NCBI GenBank assembly: GCA_963795865.1
Contig: CAWCJX010000057.1
Span: forward strand, 105,490-169,489
Length of the DNA: 64,000 nucleotides
From: an uncultured Alphaproteobacteria bacterium
GTDB taxonomy: Bacteria > Pseudomonadota > Alphaproteobacteria > Rhizobiales > Xanthobacteraceae
Direction of reading: 5' to 3'
How positions within the stretch are numbered: position 1 is the stretch's first letter; each line of letters begins with the position of its first letter. The position numbers and the translations under genes are program-made. The notes beneath the pieces are model-generated. The model ran no database searches. It saw only the letters and a program-made list of their open reading frames with translations, and was not told where the DNA came from. This document shows positions 18,900 through 29,289 of this stretch, in pieces.

Positions 18900-19036
18900 T
18901 CCAGAAATGGTTTCCCCTCCTTTCGCGATGTGTTCTGCATCGCTCGGCCGGGCATGACAAAGCGGAAGAATGGCGATAGGTTGGTCGATGAGGCGGCCAG
19001 GCTGACGAAACGCGGCGCCACAAGGAGGAGGAATTC

Positions 19037-20146
19037 ATGAAACTTATTCGGACAGTTGCACTCGCCGGCGCTGCCGCGTTCGCGCTCATGGGGACGGTTG
19101 CGGTCGCGCAGCAGGCGCCGAAATTCGAGATCGATGCGAGCTGGCCCAAGCCGCTGCCGAACAATTGGATCTTCGGGCAGATCGGCGGCATCTTTGTGGA
19201 CAAGGACGACAATGTCTGGATCAGCCAGCGCCCGCGCACGGTGAATGATCGGGACAAGCGCGCCGAGCGTGGCGACAAGTCGATCTGCTGCTACACCGCC
19301 CCCTCAGTCGTCGAGTTCAATCAGGCGGGCGACGTGGTCAAGTCATGGGGCGGACCAAAAACCGCCCAGGGCTATGACTGGCCACAAAACGAGCACGGCA
19401 TGTTTATCGACTACAAAGGCAATGTCTGGCTCGGCGGCAACGGCGAGAACGACGGCATGGTCCTGAAGTTCACCAACGACGGCAAATTCCTCATGTCGAT
19501 CGGCAAGTCTGCCAAGCAGACCAACAGTCTGGATCAAGCGCGCGTCGGCCGCGCCGCCGACATGGTGGTCGATCAGGCGACCAACGAACTCTATGTGGCC
19601 GATGGTTACTTCAATCACCGCGTCGTCGTGTTCGACGCCGACACCGGCGCGTTCAAGCGCACCTGGGGTGCCTATGGCAAGCCGCCGACAGACGAGAAGA
19701 TCGCCTATGATCCGAAGGTTCTGCCGCAGCAGTTCAACAATCCGGTGCACGGCATCAGGATCACCGCCGACGGGCAGGTGGTGGTTTCCGACCGCGGCAA
19801 CAACCGCATCCAGGTGTTCCAGAAGGACGGTACCTTTGTGCGCGAAATCCCGGTCTTGCGCGACTCAACAGGGCCGGGCGTGACCGGCTCGACCGTGTTC
19901 TGGCCGGATAAGGGACAGACCTATTGGTTCACCTCGGACGATCCCAATGGCCAGATCCATGTGATCCGCCGCAGCGACGGGCAGGTGGTCGGCAGCTTCG
20001 GGCGCGTGGGGCGTGGTCCGGGTGAGTTCGAAAACCTCCACAATATCGCCATCGACAGCAAGGGCAACATCTACACCGCCGAGGTGCAGGGCCAGCGCGT
20101 GCAGCGCTTCCTCTACAAGGGCGGTCTGCCTGCGGTCGGCCAATAA
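19037..20146 (+). CDS. Secreted NHL-repeat six-bladed beta-propeller protein
   Basis: 369-aa ORF. Signal peptide MKLIRTVALAGAAAFALMGTVAVAQQ. NHL-like blades NELYVADGYFNHRVVVFD, VVVSDRGNNRIQVFQKDG, GNIYTAEVQGQRVQRF. Confidence 0.75.
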   Translation: MKLIRTVALAGAAAFALMGTVAVAQQAPKFEIDASWPKPLPNNWIFGQIGGIFVDKDDNVWISQRPRTVNDRDKRAERGDKSICCYTAPSVVEFNQAGDVVKSWGGPKTAQGYDWPQNEHGMFIDYKGNVWLGGNGENDGMVLKFTNDGKFLMSIGKSAKQTNSLDQARVGRAADMVVDQATNELYVADGYFNHRVVVFDADTGAFKRTWGAYGKPPTDEKIAYDPKVLPQQFNNPVHGIRITADGQVVVSDRGNNRIQVFQKDGTFVREIPVLRDSTGPGVTGSTVFWPDKGQTYWFTSDDPNGQIHVIRRSDGQVVGSFGRVGRGPGEFENLHNIAIDSKGNIYTAEVQGQRVQRFLYKGGLPAVGQ

Positions 20147-20165
20147 GTAATGCTTTGCCCATGAA

Positions 20166-20200
20166 GAAGGGGCGTCGGTCACCTCGGCGCCCCTTTTGTT
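20166..20200 (+). terminator. Rho-independent terminator candidate after the NHL gene
   Basis: GGGGCG (20169-20174) pairs with CGCCCC (20188-20193), with partial further pairing, followed by TTTTGTT. Sits 20 nt after the stop codon. Confidence 0.5.
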
Positions 20201-20541
20201 GGTGCGCCAAGCATGGCGCCGGAGCGCCGAGAGTGGCGCGAGTTGGTTGGCACGGTGGACTTGGTGATGGGGACCGCCAGCCGAACAGCAGGGGCGTCGT
20301 CGCGAGGCGGGGTTTGAAGGCAGCTGTTGGCAAAGTGCCGGCTGACGTACAGACAGCGCATGAGGCGTCCGCATCCGGGCGACCGGGCTGAGAATACTGC
20401 CCCCCTGGTTCATCGGGTTGATCGAAGAGTTCGGTTTGCTGGGTGATTACCTCGATACGCAGGCCTTTCTGCCTGCCCTTGGTGATGTGACAAGCTTCCG
20501 GCTCGCCGCGCTTTGCGCGGTGCCAACTGAATAAGCCAGAC

Positions 20542-20570
20542 TGCTAAGGTATTGAATGTGGCTCCGCCGA
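20542..20570 (+). promoter_or_regulatory. Candidate RpoH (sigma32)-type heat-shock promoter for hsp20-lon
   Basis: TTGAA (20542-20546), a 16-nt spacer, then CCCAAATT (20563-20570). Compare the CTTGAA-N16/17-CCCCATNT consensus. Lies ~30 nt upstream of the hsp20 ATG. Confidence 0.3.
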
Positions 20571-20600
20571 TGCCCAAATTTTTGTGCATTGAAAGGTGAG

Positions 20601-21023
20601 ATGATGGAGTCGAATTTGCCCGCTCATTGGATGTGGTCGGAGGCGTGCGAGATGCTGGCCCGTGCGGAGCGGCTGCATCGCGAGTTCTTTCGGCCGGCAA
20701 GCTCGGCCGCACGGTTGCCGGCATGGGAGCCGCCGGTAGACGTTCTGGAGACCGAACGTGCGGTGCTGGTGCTTGTGGCTCTGCCTGGGGTCAACCCCGA
20801 GCGCGTCGAAGCATCCATCGATGGAACCGACCTGGTTGTCTCGGGCAATCGCGTCTTTCCGGCGGAAATGCGGACAGCCATCATTCATCGCCTGGAGCTC
20901 CCGCAAGGCCGGTTCGAGCGCCGTGTGCGTTTGCCCGCCGGATGCTACAGCGCGGTTCAACGCTCCGCTTCCGACGGCTGCCTCGTGATCACATTGCAAA
21001 AATCGGGAGGCTTCCGTGGTTGA
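20601..21023 (+). CDS. Hsp20/alpha-crystallin family small heat-shock protein
   Basis: ORF 20556..21023, start at MMESNLP (20601). WEPPVDVLETERAVLVLVALPGVNPERVEASIDGTDLVVSGNR...GRFERRVRLP...DGCLVITLQK is an alpha-crystallin domain. Its stop overlaps the lon GTG (GTGGTTGA). Confidence 0.85.
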   Translation: MMESNLPAHWMWSEACEMLARAERLHREFFRPASSAARLPAWEPPVDVLETERAVLVLVALPGVNPERVEASIDGTDLVVSGNRVFPAEMRTAIIHRLELPQGRFERRVRLPAGCYSAVQRSASDGCLVITLQKSGGFRG

Positions 21024-23458
21024 AAATCAGCTCCGGGGCTCATCCGCGGAGAGCACCGGCAGCGCTTCGCCGACCATACCGCCGTTACCGGCGGATGCGC
21101 TCATCATCGTTCCGGTGCGCAACACCGTGTTGTTCCCAGGCGTCGTGCTGCCGATCGCAATCGGTCGCCCGCGCTCGGTAGCAGCCGCACAGCAGGCGGT
21201 GCGGGACGAGCGGCCAGTCGGTATTCTGATGCAGCGCAATGCCGAAGCGACCGATCCACTTCCGATCGATATGCATCGCATGGGTACGGTTGCCAATATC
21301 GCGCGCTATATCACGGCGCCGGATGGCACGCACCATCTCGTCTGCCAGGGCGAACAGCGGTTCCAGATCATCGAATTTCTAAACGGGTGGCCGTTCTTTG
21401 TCGCGCGGGTGCTGCGGATTTCCGAGCCAGCAGCGGTGTCGGACGAAATCGAGGCGCGTTTCGTCTACCTCAAGGGGCAGGCCGTGGAGGCCGTCCAACT
21501 CCTGCCGCAGGCGCCGCCCGAACTGCTGGCGGCAATTCAGGCCGTCGATATGCCGGCCGCCCTTGCCGACATGGTGGCGACCTACATGGACGCGACCCCC
21601 GAGGAGAAACAGGATATTCTGGAGACCATCGACATCAAGGCCCGCATGGAGCGGGTCTCCCGTATCCTCGCCCACCGGATCGAGGTGCTGCGGCTGTCCC
21701 AGGAGATCGGCCGCGAAACCAAGGCGGCGCTCGACGCGCGCAATCGCGAAGTACTGCTGCGCGAGCAGATGGCCGCGATCCAGCGCCAGTTGGGCGAAGG
21801 CGACGAAGGCAAGTCTGCCGAGATCGCCGAACTCGGTGAGGCCATCACCAAGGCGAAGATGCCCAAGGAGGTCGAGGACCAGGCCCGCAAGGAATTGCGT
21901 CGCTTGCAGCGGATGCCGGAAGCGGCCGGCGAATACGGCATGGTGCGCACCTATCTTGATTGGTTGGTCGAGCTGCCGTGGAGCCTGCCCGAAGAGACCC
22001 CAATCGATATCGTGGCGGCGCGGCGCATCCTCGACGAGGATCATTTCGGGCTGGAGAAAATCAAGCGGCGGATCATCGAATACCTCGCCGTCCGCAAGCT
22101 CGCCCCAAACGGCAAGGCGCCGATCCTGTGTTTCGTCGGGCCGCCCGGTGTCGGCAAGACATCGCTCGGCCAGTCGATCGCCCGTGCCATGAACCGCAAA
22201 TTCGTGCGGGTAAGCCTCGGCGGTGTCCATGACGAGGCGGAAATTCGCGGCCATCGGCGCACTTATATCGGCGCGCTGCCCGGCAACATCATTCAGACGA
22301 TCCGCAAGGCGGGCACGCGCAATTGCGTCATGATGCTCGACGAGATCGACAAGCTCGGCACCGGCATTCATGGCGATCCCGGTGCGGCGCTGCTGGAGGT
22401 GCTCGATCCCGAGCAGAACAGCACCTTCCGCGATAATTATCTGGCCGTTCCTTTCGACCTCAGCCGGGTCGTGTTCATCACGACCGCGAACATGCTCGAT
22501 ACGATTCCCGGCCCGCTTCGCGACCGCATGGAAATCATCAGCCTGGCCGGCTACACCGCCGACGAAAAGCTCGAGATCGCGCGGCGCTATCTGGTTTGCG
22601 CGGCAGATGGAGGCGAATGGTCTGCGACCGGGGCAGGTCGAGATCGCAGACGAGGCACTGCGCGAGATCATTCAGCACTATACCCGCGAGGCCGGCGTGC
22701 GAAACCTCGAGCGCGAGATCGGAAAGGTCCTGCGCCACGCCGCTGTCCGCATTGCTGAAGGGCAGAGCGGGCCGATCCGCATCGCCGCCGGCGGTCTTGC
22801 GGCTATCCTCGGCGCGCCGCTGTTCGAAAACGAGGTGGCGATGCGCACCAGCGTGCCGGGCGTCGCAACCGGCCTCGCCTGGACTCCGGTCGGAGGCGAC
22901 ATCCTCTTCATCGAGGCGACCGCCAATCCGGGGCACGGCAAACTGATCCTCACCGGCCAACTCGGCGAGGTGATGCGGGAAAGCGCCCAGGCGGCGTTGA
23001 GCATCGTCAAGAACCGGGCGGCCTCGCTCGGGATCGAAACCGGCCGATTCGAGAAGACCGATATTCACATCCATGTGCCGGCGGGCGCGACACCGAAAGA
23101 CGGACCGAGCGCCGGCGTCGCGATGTTCATGGCTCTGGTCTCGCTATTGACCGATCGTACCGTGCGCAGTGACACGGCCATGACCGGCGAGATCAGCCTG
23201 CGCGGACTCGTGCTCCCGGTTGGCGGTATCAAGGAGAAGGTCGTGGCCGCGCAGCGGGCCGGCATCAAGCGCGTGATGCTACCGGCGCGGAACCGGAAGG
23301 ACTTCGAGGACATTCCCGAGCAGGCTCGCCAGCAGTTGGAATTCGTCTGGATCGAGCGCGTCGAAGAAGCGGTATCGTCGGCGCTCGGGCCGGCAACAGC
23401 GTCGAGCGATCAGTCTCCTGAGAAGGTCGTTCGCCGTGTCGCCGGGGCTGAGGCGTGA
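21016..23458 (+). pseudogene. lon: Lon protease (LonA type: N-domain, AAA+, S16 protease), frame broken once
   Basis: ORF 21016..22758 gives the N-domain and AAA+ module (GPPGVGKTS Walker A) up to ...EKLEIARRYLV. ORF 22370..23458 continues in the +1 frame with ARQMEANGL...REAGVRNLEREI...PKDGPSAGVAM...TGEISLRG. There is a one-base excess in the TTT run at 22595-22597. GTG start is preceded by GGGAGG. Could be a sequencing artefact. Confidence 0.85.
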
Positions 23459-23754
23459 GATAGGCGTCCCGGATAGGCTGCGCTGGCCGAGGGCGCCTCG
23501 CGATTTTCGAGCGCCTCCTGATGACCGACCGGCCGATCAAAGCTTGTTGTTTCCGCTGGGTTCTCGGGGTTGCGGTACTTCGGAGCCGCAGGCCCATCCG
23601 ACGCTCCGCTGCCGCCGAAGCCGGCCAGCTTTGACAGCTCTGATTCGAGCGACCGTCCTTATCTTCGTATGAGATGCCCGCCGGCGCACGCTTTCGACCG
23701 CTCCAGCCTTGTGGCAGAATGGGGTCGCGCTATTCACGCGGATGGGACTTCGAG

Positions 23755-24844
23755 ATGCGCCTCATTGCAGTGTTGGCTTGCGCGGTGACATTGGCTTGCA
23801 GCGGGGCTGTGTGCAGCCACGCCGACCCGCGCGTGGCGCTCATTATCGGCAATTCCGCCTATCGTAACGTCAGCCCGCTCGATAATCCGACGACGGACGC
23901 CAGGCTGATGGCCGAGACCTTGCGTGGTCTCGGTTTCACGGTGGTCGGCGGCGGGGCCCAGCTCGATCTCGACAAGGCCGGTATCGACCGCGCGGTGCAA
24001 GCCTTCGGAGCGCGCCTGCAGGGCGCCGAAGTCGGCCTATTTTACTACGCCGGCCATGGTCTGCAGGTGCACGGTGCCAACTATCTGGTGCCGGTCGATG
24101 CCAATCCGACGCGGGAGGCTGACGTCGATTTCCAGATGCTGGATTCCAACTTGGTGCTGCGCCAGATGGAGGCGGCCGGCACAAAACTCAATCTGGTGAT
24201 CCTCGACGCCTGCCGCAATAACCCGTTCGGCGGCCGAGGGTTGCGCGACACGTCGAGTGGCCTCGCCCAGATGCGGGCGCCCGAAGGCACGCTTATTTCG
24301 TTTGCGACCCAGCCCGGCAACGTCGCGCTGGACGGCGTCGACGGCCACAGCCCATTCACGAAGGGCGCTCGCCAATATCATCCGGCAGCCGGGGCTTGGC
24401 CTGTTCGATACCTTCAACCAGGTCGGCCTCGCGGTGCGCCAATCGACCGGCGGCGCCCAGCAGCCCTGGGTATCGAGCTCGCCGATCGCCGGCTCGTTTT
24501 ATTTCGCCGGGCCGGCCGTGGCGCCATCGCCGGCGCCGGTCCCCGTCACCCGGCCGCCGCCGGTTTATATGGCGCCGCCGACCCAAGCCGCCAGAGATTT
24601 CATATTTCCGGACTCCAGCCAGCGCATCATCACCGGGCCAGAGCTCGACCGTTTGTCGCGCGCCGAACTCGATATTGCCCGCAACGAGATTTTTGCGCGG
24701 CGTGGCCGCTATTTCCAACGCGACGACCTCAAGCGGCATTTCAGCGCGTTCTCTTGGTATCGCCCGAACTCTTGGGACCCGCCCTTGAACCCAATCGAGC
24801 GGGCGAATGTGGAAGCGATGCGCCAGGCCGGGGCGCGCCGATGA
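23755..24844 (+). pseudogene. Secreted caspase-family (peptidase C14) protein with C-terminal YARHG domain, frame broken once
   Basis: The first part of ORF 23674..25623 starts at MRLIAVLACAVTLACSGAVCSHA. It continues VALIIGNSAYRN..., YYAGHGLQV (catalytic His) and LVILDACRNNPF (catalytic Cys), up to ...HSPFTK. It then continues in ORF 24257..24844: ALANIIRQPGLGLFDTFNQV...FIFPDSSQRIITGPELDRLSRAELDIARNEIFARRGRYFQRDDLKRHFSAFSWYRP (YARHG). Extra G in the GGG run at 24363-24365. Confidence 0.8.
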
Positions 24845-25623
24845 GGGCTGCGCGAAGCGTGCCGGTTTTCGCGCTAATCGCAGCGATCGCCGCTTCGATT
24901 GCCTCGACGGCGCGCGCCGGCGATCCGCTCGACGTGCTCGTTGCGAGCTATCCCGACGCGCTGGTTCGTCACGATGATCGGGCCCTGCGCTGGCGCGACG
25001 GGACCGCGATGCCCGTCTCCGACGGTGTTGCGAACAAGCCGTTCGAGACGCTGCTGCGTTACGCCTCGATCCTCGATCAGTTTTCTGTGCCGTATCGGCG
25101 CGGCCCGCTGTCGAAGCCTCCGGGCCCCAACGAGGATCCCGGACGATTCCGCAACACCGCCTTTTTCCGAAAGATGTATGGCGACTGCGACAAGGGCGAA
25201 GTGTCCTCCCGCCTCGTTTCGATCCCGTGGCTTGCAAAAACGTGGGGCAAGCCGGTGCGCATCACTTCGGTCAATCATGTGGACGAGCGCTTGCGCGCAG
25301 TGTCGGTGGAGATCGACGTCCTTCCCGACAACATCAAACGCGCCGCCTACCCGATTGCCGGCACGTATAATTGTCGCGTGGTCGCCGATACCAAGCAACC
25401 GAGCCCGCATGCCTTCGGCATCGCCATCGATCTCAACCTCGGCTTCTCGGATTATTGGTACTGGGGCCGCACCCGCGACGGGTCGTTGCCCTACCGCAAC
25501 CGCATGCCTCAGGAAATCGTCTCGATCTTCGAGAGGCAAGGCTTCATCTGGGGCGGCAAATGGAATCATTTCGACACCATGCATTTCGAATATCGACCGG
25601 AACTGCTGGCCGACGGGCCGTGA
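24841..25623 (+). CDS. Secreted M15-family metallopeptidase (D-Ala-D-Ala carboxypeptidase / hedgehog-fold)
   Basis: In-frame tail of ORF 23674..25623, starting at ATG 24841, which overlaps the upstream stop (ATGA). Signal peptide MRAARSVPVFALIAAIAASIASTARA. SPHAFGIAIDLN and GFIWGGKWNHFDTMHFEY are the H-x-x-x-x-x-x-D ... H zinc site typical of M15. Confidence 0.75.
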   Translation: MRAARSVPVFALIAAIAASIASTARAGDPLDVLVASYPDALVRHDDRALRWRDGTAMPVSDGVANKPFETLLRYASILDQFSVPYRRGPLSKPPGPNEDPGRFRNTAFFRKMYGDCDKGEVSSRLVSIPWLAKTWGKPVRITSVNHVDERLRAVSVEIDVLPDNIKRAAYPIAGTYNCRVVADTKQPSPHAFGIAIDLNLGFSDYWYWGRTRDGSLPYRNRMPQEIVSIFERQGFIWGGKWNHFDTMHFEYRPELLADGP

Positions 25624-25908
25624 AGGTGCGCCAGCCGCCGCCGGCAGGGCGATAAGCCCTTGATGCAATGCACGCTGCTTCATGCTCGGAGGGGCTGGGC
25701 ACAATCATCAATTCGTTCTGACGAGCGTGCGGGCATTGTGCCCGACGCGGTCCTCGCGTCGTGATGCATTTGACGCAGGGTCGGGAGATGACGAACCTCT
25801 GTCAGTGCGCTCGGTCAGTCCCCATATGCAGGAAATCGCTGTTGACTGAATTCGAGGCCCCCGCGCGGCTTCGTGTGCACGCGCTTGAAGTGATGAAGGG
25901 GAAGCACC

Positions 25909-26683
25909 ATGGATACGACCTACGTATTCGCCATTCTTGGGCTCGCGCTGGCGCTCTATCTGATGGGCTCGCTTCGCGTGCTGCGGCAGTACGAGCGCGG
26001 CGTCGTCTTTCTGCTTGGAAAATTCAGAGGCGTGCGGGGGGCGGGCCTCACGCTCATCTTCGTTCCCATCCAGCAGATGGTTCGCGTGTCCTTGCGCACC
26101 GTAACGATGCAAATTCCCTCGCAGAAAATCATCACCAAGGACAACGTCTCGATCGATATCGCGGCGGTCGCCTACTACCACATTTCCGATCCGGAAAAGG
26201 CGGTGATCGTGATTGAGAACGTCTACAACGCAATCAATCAGATCAGCCAGACCACCGTGCGCAACGTGGTCGGACGATTCAGCCTCGATCAGCTCTTGTC
26301 CGACACCGCGAGCATCAACTTGCAGATCAAGAACGTCATCGATGGGCACACCGAGCCCTGGGGTACCCAGGTGACGGCGGTCGAGATCAAGGACATCATG
26401 CTTCCCGAAAACATGCAGCGGGCGATGGCAAAGGAAGCGGAGGCCGAGCGTGAGCGTCGCGCCAAGATCGTCGCCGCCGAAGGTGAATACCAGGCAGCGG
26501 TGAAGCTCGGCCAAGCGGCCGACATCATCACCGATCATCCCGGTGGCCCTTCAACTCCGCACCCTGCAAACCATGGCGGAAATCTCGATCGAAAAGAACT
26601 CCACTATCATTTTCCCCGCCCAATTCGTGACTACGGTCCAGGACGCGGTCGCGTTGATGAAAAAGGATTCGGCATCAAGATAG
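25909..26683 (+). pseudogene. SPFH/band-7 (stomatin-like, slipin) protein, frame broken once near 3' end
   Basis: ORF 25909..26766 reads [39 protein letters not shown]...[40 protein letters not shown]...AADIITDHP. The -1 frame then gives the expected [29 protein letters not shown]...KKDSASR-stop (TAG 26681-26683). Extra G at 26542-26543. Confidence 0.8.
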
Positions 26684-26856
26684 ATTCAGGCAACGATCGG
26701 GACTGTCCAGACGTCGACCAGCGACCGGAGTTCAGGCGCGGCGCTACGCAAAATGCGAGCGGCTGATCAAGGAGCTCAATATCAAAGCCTAACTTGATGC
26801 AGAGAGACGATTTGATGCAGCACGTAAGCGGATGTACCTCACTCGACAGGCCCCCC

Positions 26857-28053
26857 ATGCCAGCCGTTGTCGCCGATAGCGTTGACCCTGCACGACCATT
26901 GCTGTTCCAGCCCATTAAAATCCGTGGCCTGACCCTCAAGAACCGCCTGGTCGTACCGCCGATGGTCCACTACCGTGCCGGACCCGGCAACACGTGCGGC
27001 ACCTTTCACACCGTGCATCTCGGCCGTTACGCCCTGGGTGGCTTCGGGCTCGTCTTCGTCGAGGCCACCGCCGTCGAAGAGGTCGGCCTGATCAATGAGC
27101 ACGACCTCGGCATCTGGAATAATGCACAGGCGCAGAGCTTCAAGCCCCTCATCGCCTTCATGAAGGGTGAGAAGACTGCGATCGGCATTCAGCTCGCACA
27201 CGGTGGACGCAAGTCGTCCTCGCAGCGGGCGATGGACGGCATGGGCCCGCTTACCCAGCAAGAAATCACGGCGGGTGCCAGGATGTGGCAACCTGTGGGG
27301 CCCACGAGCGAGCCCGTTGCGAAGGGATGGCTTACACCGCACCAGCTCACCACCGACGAGTGCGGGGCGATGGTACGAACCTGGGGAGCTGCGGCCCGGC
27401 GCGCGGTCGATGCGGGGTTCGACGTGATCGAGATTCACACAGCTCACGGCTATCTGCTCGCCTCATTTCTTTCTCCCGTTTCCAACACGCGCAATGATCG
27501 GTACGGCGGCGATCGCGAGGGGCGCATGCGCCTGCCGCTCGAGATTGTCGAAGCCGTGCGGCACGAAATGCCGGAAACAATGCCGTTGTTTGTACGCGTC
27601 TCCGCCATCGACGGAGCTCAGAACGGTTGGAATCTGGATGACACGGTAGCCTTCGCTCGGGAATTGAAGGCCCGCGGTGTCGACGTGATCGACTGCTCCT
27701 CCGGCGGCATTTCAGGCTCCGCGACGGCTGCTCAAATCCCGCGCGGCCTCGGTTTCCAGGTGCCCTACGCCGAACGGGTCCGCAAGGACGTGGGCATCGC
27801 ATCGATGGCTGTCGGCATCGTTCTCGAGGCACAGCAGGCTGAAGCAATCCTGGAGAATGCGCGGGCCGACCTCATCGCAGTCGGCCGGCAGTCTCTGTTC
27901 AATCCCAATATCGCACAGCACTGGGCCCACGATCTCGGCATCAACCGGAGGTTCGAGGATTGGACCCCCGAATATGGATGGTGGCTCGAGAAGCGGATTC
28001 GGACCATCGAAGCGTTCGCCACACCGACAGGGGTCGTCAAGCGACATGAATAA
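26857..28053 (+). CDS. NADH:flavin oxidoreductase (Old Yellow Enzyme family)
   Basis: ORF 26794..28053 with LFQPIKIRGLTLKNRLVVPPM, GFGLVFVEATAV, IQLAHGGRK, FDVIEIHTAHGYLLASFLSPVSNTRNDRYGG. Start taken at MPAVVADS (26857). Confidence 0.85.
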   Translation: MPAVVADSVDPARPLLFQPIKIRGLTLKNRLVVPPMVHYRAGPGNTCGTFHTVHLGRYALGGFGLVFVEATAVEEVGLINEHDLGIWNNAQAQSFKPLIAFMKGEKTAIGIQLAHGGRKSSSQRAMDGMGPLTQQEITAGARMWQPVGPTSEPVAKGWLTPHQLTTDECGAMVRTWGAAARRAVDAGFDVIEIHTAHGYLLASFLSPVSNTRNDRYGGDREGRMRLPLEIVEAVRHEMPETMPLFVRVSAIDGAQNGWNLDDTVAFARELKARGVDVIDCSSGGISGSATAAQIPRGLGFQVPYAERVRKDVGIASMAVGIVLEAQQAEAILENARADLIAVGRQSLFNPNIAQHWAHDLGINRRFEDWTPEYGWWLEKRIRTIEAFATPTGVVKRHE

Positions 28054-28191
28054 GACGTCAACTCGGGACGGATGAATTCGCGTTGTCCGAAAAGCCTCCC
28101 GCGCTGCAAACGAAAAGGTAGAGGAGAGCTTCGCCGCGAGCACGGAGGGCGGCGAAGACTCAGGATGCGATTCGAGAGAGTCAAATTATGA

Positions 28192-29028
28192 TTGGTGCGA
28201 TCGAATGGATTGGACACTCAGTTGAGCGCCACATACTCAGGAAACTACCCGATCGAGAATCGCGTCGGTGAGATCGAGCGCCTGCACGTCCAGTCTGAAG
28301 CTATGGCTCCGGACACGGTCGCAATGCTGGATCGGTTCGGACCGATGCAGGGCTGGACCTGTCTCGATATCGGCTGCGGACCAGGGGGGATTACTGATCT
28401 CCTCAGCGTTCGCGTGGGACCCGCCGGTCGAGTCATCGGCCTCGATATGAACGCGGAGTTCCTAGAAAGTGCGCGAAAGGGCGCGCCGGAGAACGTCGAA
28501 TTTCAGCTCGGCGACGCCTACGGTTCGGACTTGCCCGCCGGAACCTTTGACCTCGTGCACATGCGCTTTGTCGCCAGCACCGCGGGAAGTCCTGAGCGCC
28601 TTCTGAAGGAAGCGACGCGCTTGGTGCGGCGGGGCGGAATCGTAGCCCTGCAGGAACCGGACGGATCAACCCTGAACTGTCATCCGCCGCATCCGGCGTG
28701 GGAGCAGCTTAAATCTGCACTTATGGAGGCATTCAAAGGAGTTGGCGCCGATCTCGAGCTTGCAAGAAAGCTATACCTTTTGGTCTTGAACGCTGGGATT
28801 CTCAATGTGCAATACCGAACCGCCTTGCTTGCAGTCCGCTCCATGGATCCGATGGTAGACTATCTGCCGTCAACTGTTGAATCGCTCCGCGGAGTCATTC
28901 TCAAGCTCGGTCTTCTCAGCGAAAACGCCCTTGCGGTCGCCCTGGCCGATTGTCGTCGCCATCTCGCCACGCCTGGAACCGCCTTCACGATGTACACGGT
29001 CGCACAGGTCTGGGGTCGAACGGCATAG
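28192..29028 (+). CDS. Class I SAM-dependent methyltransferase
   Basis: 278-aa ORF. Motif I is CLDIGCGPGGITDLL, then VIGLDMN and FDLVHMRFV. TTG/GTG start is uncertain. Confidence 0.8.
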   Translation: MVRSNGLDTQLSATYSGNYPIENRVGEIERLHVQSEAMAPDTVAMLDRFGPMQGWTCLDIGCGPGGITDLLSVRVGPAGRVIGLDMNAEFLESARKGAPENVEFQLGDAYGSDLPAGTFDLVHMRFVASTAGSPERLLKEATRLVRRGGIVALQEPDGSTLNCHPPHPAWEQLKSALMEAFKGVGADLELARKLYLLVLNAGILNVQYRTALLAVRSMDPMVDYLPSTVESLRGVILKLGLLSENALAVALADCRRHLATPGTAFTMYTVAQVWGRTA

Positions 29029-29289
29029 AACTTGTACGCGGTGTTATCCGACGCCCGACATGCCATTGTTGAGGCGCTGTCAGAGGCGCCCAAACCCTCT
29101 GAACCGATATTCACACGCAGACGGAACTGCGGTATCGAAGCAGGTCCTTGGGGCTTGGCTGGCCGAGCGCGAGGCCGAGCTGGTGCCGTACTTTCATGCG
29201 CTGTACACATTGCCTTCTAGCCATCGTCCATTGCCGAAAAGTCCCGGAGAAGCGCTGTGGCATGTTACACACCGAAGATTTCGGTCATT

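Noticed and set aside
20401-20600. ROSE-type RNA thermometer upstream of hsp20, as known for Bradyrhizobium small hsp genes
   Set aside because: The leader between the putative promoter and the ATG is only ~30 nt. I could not find the characteristic ~100-nt multi-hairpin element or the SD-masking UUGCU-type pairing.
23674-25623. Single 649-aa ORF suggesting a caspase-M15 fusion protein
   Set aside because: The middle ~160 codons are low-complexity read-through created by the caspase frameshift. The YARHG tail is in another frame ending at 24844, and the M15 gene has its own ATG (24841) and signal peptide. These are two genes, not a fusion.
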